Notes under the pieces: model-generated | The model's input: the letters and a program-made list of their open reading frames with translations, nothing else | The model's database searches: none | What the model was told of the DNA's origin: nothing | Program-made: the position numbers and the translations under genes | Part shown: one piece after another, positions 1-7,683 of the stretch | Layout: each line of letters begins with the position of its first letter | How positions within the stretch are numbered: position 1 is the first letter of the stretch | Source of the DNA: Azolla caroliniana | Lineage: Eukaryota > Plantae > Polypodiophyta | Assembly: GCA_043228905.1 (NCBI GenBank) | Contig: JBHGNT010000682.1 | Span: 1 to 17,856, forward strand | Direction: 5' to 3' | Length of the DNA stretch: 17,856 bases

Positions 1-1
1 G

Positions 2-833
2 AAGCTTCAACTCCGCCAAGAGTTGAACAACATTCAACAAAGGGATATGTCCATCACGACATACACCTTGAAGATCAAGGAGCTTTGCGGCTCGCTCGGC
101 TCAATAAGCGTAAGTATAGATGATGATGAGATGGTGCAAATTTGCCTCGGCGGCCTCGCACCACGGTTCGGCGCAATGCGAACTGCCGTTCTAGCACGGG
201 AGAAATCTCCCTCCTTCTTCAAGCTCCAATCAATGCTATTGGTCGAAGAAAACCACGTGCGTACAAGGAGCAATGAGTCGGAAGGCCACATGCTCTACAC
301 GCACTCTAATGGAGGAAGAGGACATGGACGAGCGAGAGGCCGATTCGGCCAAGGACAAGGCGGATGAGGTCCGACCTACGACAACAACTCCCAATTTCAG
401 CCGCAAAACGGAGGCCAACAAGGAACCTTCACAAGAAGGGGGAGCTTCCACTCTGGCCCGAGCCGTCAAAACGCAATCGAATGCGGATATTGCGGAAAGC
501 TCGGCCACCACGAAGAAGAGTGCCGAAAGAAGATGCGTGAATCGGCTTCCACAAGCCGACAACTCACGAATTACGCGCACAATTCCGACTACAAAGAGTA
601 TAGCGGAATGTACGGGCACAACTACAACTATGAGGATCGTGGCGGAATGTACACATACAACTCCGACCGTGGCGGAATGTTCATGATGAAACATAGAGCA
701 AAGTTTATGTCGGCCTCTACCTCAACTAGTGCCCTCAATCCGGAGGACGTATGGTTTGTTGACTCCGGAGCCTCAAACCATATGACATCCCACAAAGAAT
801 GGTTTCTCGAACTTCGAGAGCCGGAGCAACCCG
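2..833 (+). pseudogene. gag-protease part of copia polyprotein with one in-frame stop (TGA 365-367, probably from CGA)
   Basis: ORFs 23..367 and 533..853 share a frame, and the stretch between them encodes the CCHC knuckle. Codons after 833 come from the LTR of B. Confidence 0.88.
572..679 (+). repeat. In-frame imperfect tandem triplication (39+39+30 bp) in the Gag/protease spacer
   Basis: Units 572-610, 611-649 and 650-679 each start TAC and end GCGGAATG. Peptides: YAHNSDYKEYSGM / YGHNYNYEDRGGM / YTYNSDRGGM. Confidence 0.9.
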
Positions 834-921
834 TGTCGAATACATGTGTATAATGGACGTATTCACACTATCTCGTTTTGGCCATTTATGAAATTAGCAT
901 AAAGGGTAGTTGCCCTAAGTC

Positions 922-941
922 GGTCACTATATATAGTGACC
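922..941 (+). promoter_or_regulatory. Putative LTR TATA box at the centre of a perfect 20-bp palindrome (second copy at 6086-6105)
   Basis: GGTCACTATATATAGTGACC equals its own reverse complement. CTATATA in U3 is the usual plant LTR TATA context. Confidence 0.7.
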
Positions 942-1000
942 TTGTAACCTTCTTGTAAGGGTGGGTGTTGTATTATTGCTTTATGGAATAAGAAGTCTTT

Positions 1001-1030
1001 TGTGTGTGTGTGTCTCTCTCTCTCTCTCTC
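1001..1030 (+). repeat. (TG)6(TC)9 compound microsatellite in the 5' LTR of B; (TG)5(TC)9 at 6165-6192 in the 3' LTR
   Basis: Read directly from the sequence. Confidence 0.95.
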
Positions 1031-1124
1031 TGTGCAACGACCTACAATCTGTCATACGCAGGTGCAGAAAAGAATCCATTGCTTCTTGATCTTCCGCACT
1101 GACGGCCCCTTGTCTCCCAACATC

Positions 1125-1137
1125 TGGTATCAGAGCC
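1125..1137 (+). other. Primer binding site of B, complementary to the 3' end of tRNA-iMet
   Basis: TGGTATCAGAGCC just after the 5' LTR. Confidence 0.95.
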
Positions 1138-1148
1138 GCTGTCGGCCG

Positions 1149-1206
1149 TCATCACCGCCTGCACAGCATTCGGTTCTTCGCTTCATCACGGCCTGCACAG
1201 TATTCG
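1149..1206 (+). repeat. Two 24-bp direct repeats (period 34 bp) in the leader of B
   Basis: TCATCACCGCCTGCACAGCATTCG (1149-1172) versus TCATCACGGCCTGCACAGTATTCG (1183-1206), 22/24 identical. Confidence 0.85.
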
Positions 1207-1804
1207 CGTCATTCGAAGAAAGAGAGAAGAAGAACAAAAACGAGGCTTGCATCTCCTCGCGTTAGATCCTCTTCGCTTGGCGTAAGCCAGCCGGTTGTAC
1301 TCCGTTCCTTGTGATCGCAACGCTCGAGGTGAAATCCCCTTGTGCAACATTGACACGATCGCGCTCCACTCGGTTAAACGGCATCCCAAAAGGTCATTAA
1401 ACGCTGCTCGCCGCTCGTTGTAACCACTCGGTGCAGATCGGTCTCAAGACAACAACCCCAATTCGCGCTTCATCCGGCTGATCGACATTCGGGAGGATCA
1501 GTTGGATCTGTCTCTCTCGTCGCTGCAGCCACCCGAAGCAGAATCGGTCCAGATAATCGGTTTCAATAATCGGTATTCGGCATATATATCCGAAGCGAAC
1601 CGGGCTCACTCCGACTCGGCAACATTCGGGAAGACCAGTCGGTTCTGTCCCTCAAGTTACCGGAGTCAATTCGAGCAAGTTCCGAAGCCGAACCGACTCG
1701 GGTTCAAATCCGACTAGAACGATATCGGGTGAGCCAACCGGCTGCACTCCAACAAGGTTCGTAGTCAACTCCGAACCGAGCTTCGTCAACCGAAACCGAA
1801 TTTG

Positions 1805-4339
1805 ATGGCATCAACATCCGGCTCGTCAGAAATGAGTCTACGAAAGTTCGATGGATCGAACTTCAACTTCTGGAAGGAACAAATGCAGGACTATCTCATA
1901 GTCAAGGGGCAAATCGATCCCATCGAAAATGAAGAACCTCCAGAAGGATACAAACCAATTGAGTGGCAGAAGCTGGACAGAATCGTCCGCGCCACGATTC
2001 GGATGCACCTATCGGAATCGGTATACTTTACGGTGCAATCGTGTACGACAGCATTCGAACTGTGGAAAACACTGTCGGACACTTACGAAAAGAAGGTCGC
2101 CGCAACGAAGATGTTTCTGATCCGGCGCCTCTACAACTTGCGGATGAAAGAATCCGATTCGGTTCAAGCACACCTCAATGAGTACGAAAGCATAAGCTCC
2201 CAAATCTCGTCACAGGGGACGGCAATCGAGGATGAACTCAGAGCAATGATACTCATGAGCAGCCTTCCCTCATCATGGGAAACTTTCGTCACAACCGTGT
2301 GCAACGCGTCAACCACGGCTGTTAAATACTCCGAAGTCACGAGCGCAATCCTGACCGAAGCAGCTCGGAGAAAGTCTTTCGCCAAAGACTCAACAGACGA
2401 CGCTTACGTAGTACAAGGTTCGACAGACCGATCGAACATACGAGGAAGAGATTCCTCACGGCCGCCGAACAATCAGCGAAGACGGAGCCAGTCACGGGAT
2501 AACCGAATCTGCAACTATTGCAAGAAACCCGGACACATCAAAGCCGACTGCCGCGCACTCAAGAACAAGAACAACAAGAAGAGTGGCCGGCATGAGGAGA
2601 TCAATTACGTCAGCTTCTCAGCTGATGTGCTACCAAACGACCCGAATATACTATCAATCGAAAATCCAGTCGGATCAGAAGTTCTGCTCACGACTGAAGA
2701 ATCGAGCACATGGCTCTTAGATTCGGGCGCGTCATTTCATGTGACTCCTCATCGATCCCAATTTCGGCAATATACGATCCGTCACTCCGACTCAGTTCGG
2801 GTCGGCAACTCACAACACTGTGATATCATCGGAATCGGCACAGTAGAGCTTAACCTTGCCGGTGGCTCTACACTTGTACTCCACAATGTCCGACATGTAC
2901 CCGAGCTCTCAAGGCCATTGATCTCAGTCGGACAACTAGATGAAGACGGCATTCGTGCCGGTTTTTCTTCGGGAGGGTGGACACTCCACAGGGGGAACCT
3001 CCTGCTTGCTAGAGGACCCAAGATACACTCACTGTATCCGTTACATGTTACGCTCAGAGAGGGTAACCTGTTTTTGGTGGATATTCCTGTGTCATCACTA
3101 TGGCACCGAAGATTAGGACACCTCAGCAAGGCCGGCATTACGCATCTATCTAGAGCCGGATACATCCCCAAACTCTCCTTCTCCGACCATCAATTCTGCG
3201 AGCATTGCCAGTATGGCAAACAAGCAGCCGCATCACACCCGACATCAGCACCAAGAGAAACGAGACCTCTCGATTTGGTCCACTCGGACGTCTGTGGCCC
3301 AATGCCGCATCAGTCTCTCGGCGGTGCCTCTTACTTCGTCAGTTTTATTGACGATTCGACTCGAAAGGTGTGGGCTTATCCAATTCGCACCAAAGATCGT
3401 GTCTTCTCGATCTTCTCCGATTGGCTCGCTATGGTAGAAAATCAAACCGACCGAAAGCTGAAATGCTTTCGGACCGACAATGGGGGAGAGTTCAAATCCG
3501 AAGAATTCGTCAAATTCTGCCGACAACGCGGCATCCGACGTGAATTTACGGCACCACACAGTCCGGAGCAAAACGGGATTGCCGAACGCATGAATCGGAC
3601 AATCCAAGAACGGATAGTTTCCATGCTCCAACACTCCGGACTGTCGGATGGCTTCTGGGCCGAGGCTCTACTCACGGCAGTACACATAATCAATATGTCG
3701 CCAAGTAGACCTCTAGGACTTCAAATTCCTCAGGAACTATGGATCGGCAGTAAGCCGAATTACGACAAGCTGAGGATCTTCGGATGCGAGGCGTACGTCC
3801 TTATTCCGAAAGATGATCGCCGAAAACTTGCACCTCGGTCCAGGAAATGCATTTTCCTTGGATATGGATCCGACGGCGAAATGGGATACCGACTCTGGGA
3901 CCCCGAACGCAGACAAATCGTTCGAAGTTCGGACGTTGTGTTCAACGAGTCGGCTATGAATCCATCAGTCGAAAAACCGATCGAAGTCCGAAGGGTAACA
4001 TTTTCCGATGTGCCGACCCTTCAAGAAGGCCCCGCTCTCAACACACGGTCAGCTTCACGGGTAGCTGAACCCTACACCACCGACTCGGACAACTCCGACT
4101 CGGCACAGCAGAACAATCCGCTTTCGGACCATCCGACCTCGATACCCGATGCGACCAGTCCAATCATACCTCGACGATCCGAGAGACTGTCGCAACCTCC
4201 GGAGAGGTATTCTCCTGGAATTTTCTTCACCGACGTCTTACGAAGAAGCATCGACATCTGTCGATTCAGCCACCTGGCATCTGGCGATGGAGTCGGAAAT
4301 GCACTCCATTCGGGCAAAGAAGACTTGGGATCTGGTTGA
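1805..4339 (+). CDS. gag-pol: Copia polyprotein part 1: Gag, zinc knuckle, aspartic protease, integrase; out of frame after about 4234
   Basis: KFDGSNFNFWK, CNYCKKPGHIKADC, WLLDSGASFH, LWHRRLGH...CEHC, HSDVCGP, RTDNGGEF, QNGIAERMNRTI, KCIFLGY, VRSSDVVFNES. ATG at 1805. Confidence 0.93.
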   Translation: MASTSGSSEMSLRKFDGSNFNFWKEQMQDYLIVKGQIDPIENEEPPEGYKPIEWQKLDRIVRATIRMHLSESVYFTVQSCTTAFELWKTLSDTYEKKVAATKMFLIRRLYNLRMKESDSVQAHLNEYESISSQISSQGTAIEDELRAMILMSSLPSSWETFVTTVCNASTTAVKYSEVTSAILTEAARRKSFAKDSTDDAYVVQGSTDRSNIRGRDSSRPPNNQRRRSQSRDNRICNYCKKPGHIKADCRALKNKNNKKSGRHEEINYVSFSADVLPNDPNILSIENPVGSEVLLTTEESSTWLLDSGASFHVTPHRSQFRQYTIRHSDSVRVGNSQHCDIIGIGTVELNLAGGSTLVLHNVRHVPELSRPLISVGQLDEDGIRAGFSSGGWTLHRGNLLLARGPKIHSLYPLHVTLREGNLFLVDIPVSSLWHRRLGHLSKAGITHLSRAGYIPKLSFSDHQFCEHCQYGKQAAASHPTSAPRETRPLDLVHSDVCGPMPHQSLGGASYFVSFIDDSTRKVWAYPIRTKDRVFSIFSDWLAMVENQTDRKLKCFRTDNGGEFKSEEFVKFCRQRGIRREFTAPHSPEQNGIAERMNRTIQERIVSMLQHSGLSDGFWAEALLTAVHIINMSPSRPLGLQIPQELWIGSKPNYDKLRIFGCEAYVLIPKDDRRKLAPRSRKCIFLGYGSDGEMGYRLWDPERRQIVRSSDVVFNESAMNPSVEKPIEVRRVTFSDVPTLQEGPALNTRSASRVAEPYTTDSDNSDSAQQNNPLSDHPTSIPDATSPIIPRRSERLSQPPERYSPGIFFTDVLRRSIDICRFSHLASGDGVGNALHSGKEDLGSG

Positions 4340-5804
4340 ATTACCCAGGAACCGACGTGCTCTTCCTTGCAAGTGGGTTTATCGACTAAAAGAGACGTCT
4401 GATTCGACCACCCCAAAGTACAAGGCCAGATTAGTTGCGAAGGGCTTCCGACAAGAATATGGCGTCGACTTCGACGAGATTTTTTCACCAGTGGTGAAAA
4501 TGACAACCCTTCGTTTCCTACTCGGCGTAGTGGCAGCCGACAACTTGGAGCTGATTCAGCTAGATGTCAAAACAGCCTTCCTCCATGGTGATCTTGACGA
4601 GGAAATTTATATGGAGCAGCCAAAAGGCTTCGTGGCGACTGGCCAAGAACATCTAGTCTGCCGACTCAGGAAGAGTCTATACGGCCTCAAACAGGCACCG
4701 CGACAATGGTACAAGAAGTTCGACGACTTCATCCAATCGATCGGCTTCTCAAAAAGCGATGAGGACCATTGTCTCTTCACCAACACAGCTCAAGATGGAT
4801 CACCCATCTTCCTCATCATTTACGTGGACGACATGCTAATTTCTGGACGCCACGCGGGCGACCTTGCCGATCTCATTCGGCAACTGCGGTTGAAGTTTGC
4901 CATGAAGGACCTCGGTCCGGCACGACACATCCTTGGCATGAAGATTAGTCGACATCGCGATAAACGACATCTTTTTTTGTCTCAGACCGACTATACCCGA
5001 CGTGTCTTAGAACGCTTCAACATGCAATCAGCCAAATCTGCTTCAACCCCGCTCCCCATGAATCTTCGGCTCTCTCAGCGAGACTGCCCGACATCCGGTC
5101 CGGAGGGGGAAGATATGAAGTCGGTACCGTATGCACCGGCAGTCGGCTCCCTTATGTACCTGATGGTCGCGACACGGCCTGATATTTCTCACGCCGTAGG
5201 AGTCGTTAGCAGATTTATGCACAATCCTGGCCGATCGCATTGGAACGCAGTCAAACATGTGTTCAGATATCTGGCTGGCACAAAAGACCACGGCATTCTT
5301 TTCGGTCCGAACCGAACCTCAGGCGTAGTCGGTTACACCGACTCGGACTTCGCCGGCTGTATAGACAGTCGGAAATCTACAACCGGATACTGCTTCAAAT
5401 TCGGCAATGGAGCAATCTCGTGGAAGTCGAAACTTCAGGAGTGCACAGCGACCTCAACGACCGAAGCAGAATATGTAGCTGCGTCCGACGCAGCAAAAGA
5501 AGCTTTGTGGCTCGGTCGGCTGGCGCACACGTTTCGGCAAGTCGACCATGACTCGGCTCCAGTTGTCTACAGCGACAGTCAAGGTGCTGTTGCCTTGTCG
5601 AAAAATCCGGTTCACCATAACGCCTCCAAACATATCGACGTTCGATATCACTTCGTTCGGGACTGCGTCACTTCAGGGAAAATCGGTCTAGAGAAAATAT
5701 CCACAACCGACAATGTCGCAGATGGAATGACCAAATGTCTTTCGGCAGACCGCTTTCGGTCTCTTCGGCATCAGATGGGCGTAACGACAAACCAGTCCGG
5801 TTAG
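4149..5804 (+). CDS. pol: Copia polyprotein part 2: reverse transcriptase and RNase H, +1 frame relative to part 1 (true homology starts about 4230)
   Basis: PTSYEEA, CKWVYR, YKARLVAKGF, QLDVKTAFLHG, SLYGLKQAPRQW, YVDD, YTDSDFAG, STTEAEY, YSDSQGA, KHIDVRYHF, NVADGMTK. Stop TAG 5802-5804. Confidence 0.92.
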   Translation: MRPVQSYLDDPRDCRNLRRGILLEFSSPTSYEEASTSVDSATWHLAMESEMHSIRAKKTWDLVELPRNRRALPCKWVYRLKETSDSTTPKYKARLVAKGFRQEYGVDFDEIFSPVVKMTTLRFLLGVVAADNLELIQLDVKTAFLHGDLDEEIYMEQPKGFVATGQEHLVCRLRKSLYGLKQAPRQWYKKFDDFIQSIGFSKSDEDHCLFTNTAQDGSPIFLIIYVDDMLISGRHAGDLADLIRQLRLKFAMKDLGPARHILGMKISRHRDKRHLFLSQTDYTRRVLERFNMQSAKSASTPLPMNLRLSQRDCPTSGPEGEDMKSVPYAPAVGSLMYLMVATRPDISHAVGVVSRFMHNPGRSHWNAVKHVFRYLAGTKDHGILFGPNRTSGVVGYTDSDFAGCIDSRKSTTGYCFKFGNGAISWKSKLQECTATSTTEAEYVAASDAAKEALWLGRLAHTFRQVDHDSAPVVYSDSQGAVALSKNPVHHNASKHIDVRYHFVRDCVTSGKIGLEKISTTDNVADGMTKCLSADRFRSLRHQMGVTTNQSG

Positions 5805-5990
5805 AGCCGGACACAGAGCAGGATGGTTCCCGACAACCGACATCAGTTCCTTAATGATCGGCTTCAACTGTTCCGACCCGACCAGTTCGGTCTTCTGCCT
5901 TCGGACCCTGCCGACTCGAACAAAGCTGATATGTCCGAGAACCTAAGTCTATACCTGTAATCTTAGATAACCCATGTACACGCCCATTAC

Positions 5991-5997
5991 GGGGGAG
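5991..5997 (+). other. Polypurine tract of B
   Basis: GGGGGAG directly abutting the TG of the 3' LTR. Confidence 0.85.
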
Positions 5998-6284
5998 TGT
6001 CGAATACATGTGTATAATGGACGTATTCACACTATCTCGTTTTGGCCATTTATGAAATTAGCATAAAGGGTAGTTGCCCTAAGTCGGTCACTATATATAG
6101 TGACCTTGTAACCTTCTTGTAAGGGTGGGTGTTGTATTATTGCTTTATGGAATAAGAAGTCTTTTGTGTGTGTGTCTCTCTCTCTCTCTCTCTGTGCAAC
6201 GACCTACAATCTGTCATACGCAGGTGCAGAAAAGAATCCATTGCTTCTTGATCTTCCGCACTAACGGCCCCTTGTCTCCCAACA
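5998..6284 (+). repeat. 3' LTR of element B (287 bp)
   Basis: Identical to 834-1122 except one TG unit fewer and G1101 versus A6263. Confidence 0.97.
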
Positions 6285-6486
6285 TCATCTTCCCCATGCG
6301 TGGTTGGCTTCGGCTCTCTCCTTCGGTTGCTCCCCTTCTGTCTGCTTCCGAACTTTTCCGCGGGTCCGCCCCCGGCTTCTTCAGCCGATCCGAAGTCGAA
6401 CTCGACAACCGAGTCAACCGACTCGGTGTCTCGGTCTCCGCTCCTTTCCTGCTGCCTTGCTTGGTCGTTCGGGACTGTTCTCCCCC

Positions 6487-7683
6487 TCAAGTTCGGAATC
6501 CGAGAGCACCTGAGAATTGCCGCAACTTGTCCAGACCAAGAGGCTTGGTGAAGATGTTGGCAGTCTGCCGATCCGTCGGAACGTACTGAAGTTCGACTTC
6601 ACCGGAAAGGACACGCTCACGGACGAAATGGTAGTGCACCTCAATGTGCTTGGTCCGTGCGTGGAAAACGGGGTTTTTCGCGAGCTGGATGCTGCTGAGG
6701 TTGTCGCAGTAGATCATCATTGGATCAGACACCTCCACCTGCAGATCCTTAAGTAGCCACTTCAACCATATGGCTTCGCATGTCGCGACAACCGCTCCTT
6801 GGTACTCAGCTTCGGTGCTCGACAGTGCAACTGTCGGCTGCTTCTTACTGCTCCACGCGATCGCGGCACTCTCGAGGGAGAACGCATATCCTGACGTGGA
6901 TCGGCGATCGGCGGTATTGCCAACCCAATCAGCATCGGTGTAGCCGACTAACTGCGCGGCTGCACCGGTCCGATATAGCAGTCCCCGGTCCTTAGTGCCA
7001 TTGACATACCAAAGTATGCGTTGCGCACACTGGCGGTGCTCCTCGGTAGGTCGCGCCATGAACTGACTGATCACTCCGACCAGATAATTGAGGTCGGGTC
7101 GGGTGATGGTCAAGTATATGAGGCTTCCGACAATTTGTCGGAACCTCGTCGGGTCACATACCTTTCCCGTATCGGGATGAAGCTTGACGGTTCTGTCCAG
7201 AGGAGTCGAGACGGACTTACAGTCGGCCATCCCGAATTTGAAGAGCATACTCAGCACGTAATGATGTTGGCTGATCAATATGCCTTCGGGGGTATGGATC
7301 ACGTCGATCCCGAGGAAGTAATGAAGGTCCCCCAGATCCTTCATGTCGAACGATGCCGCAAGCTGGAGCTTCACGCGGTCGATTTCACCTAGGTCGGCGC
7401 CGGTGATGACCAAGTCATCAACATATAGTAAAATACTAACCGGTCCGAGTCGACCTTTCCGGATGAACAGGGAAGAGTCCGATTTTGACGTGACGAAGCC
7501 CATCCGACGCAGTTGTTGCCTAATCTTTGTGTTCCAGGCACGCGGGGCTTGCTTCAGTCCGTAAAGAGACTTCTTCAGTCGGCATACTACCGAGGAGTTC
7601 GTTCCAGAGTGAAATCCGGGGGGTTGTACCATGTACACCTGTTCCTCAAGGTCACCTTGCAAGAACGCATTCTTTACATCCAT
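6487..7683 (-). pseudogene. pol: Largest open fragment of C: RT core and RNase H (398 aa)
   Basis: ORF track 6487..7683 with SLYGLKQAPRAW, YVDD, YTDADWVG, SSTEAEY and YCDNLSSI. Confidence 0.9.

Larger units (their letters stand above)
1..833 (+). mobile_element. Ty1/copia LTR retrotransposon fragment A (gag to protease), truncated on the right by the LTR of element B; continues off the left edge
   Basis: Frame from nt 2 reads KLQLRQELNNIQQRD...EMVQICLGGLA...LQSMLLVEENH (copia gag), zinc knuckle CGYCGKLGHHEEEC (about 482-523) and protease WFVDSGASNHMT (DSG at 761). Clearly homologous to the gag of element C. Confidence 0.93.
834..1122 (+). repeat. 5' LTR of element B (289 bp)
   Basis: TGTCGAATAC...CTCCCAACA, a direct repeat of 5998-6284. 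The PBS follows after 2 nt. Confidence 0.97.
834..6284 (+). mobile_element. Full-length Ty1/copia LTR retrotransposon B (Tnt1/Tork-like), recent insertion, no TSD
   Basis: Paired TG...CA LTRs, PBS, PPT and domain order gag-PR-IN-RT-RNaseH. The lineage name is judged from motif resemblance only. Confidence 0.97.

Noticed and set aside
572-679. Regularly spaced GCGGAATGT repeats resembling a CRISPR mini-array
   Set aside because: The intervening sequences are homologous to each other, the repeat is in-frame coding inside gag-pol, no cas genes are present, and the context is eukaryotic.
1125-1137. tRNA gene
   Set aside because: Only the short PBS complement is present, with no cloverleaf; the same applies at 10800 and 15950.
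1502-1717. Upstream ORF in the leader of B
   Set aside because: It is short, starts with TTG and has no recognisable motif.
4220-4250. Programmed ribosomal frameshift between IN and RT
   Set aside because: There is no Ty1 CTTAGGC or canonical slippery heptamer, programmed shifts occur at gag/pol, and conserved residues (xGE) are missing, which points to a deletion.
6125-6589. 154-aa ORF after pol as a possible env-like gene
   Set aside because: It is a chimera of LTR B and antisense C sequence with a non-ATG start.
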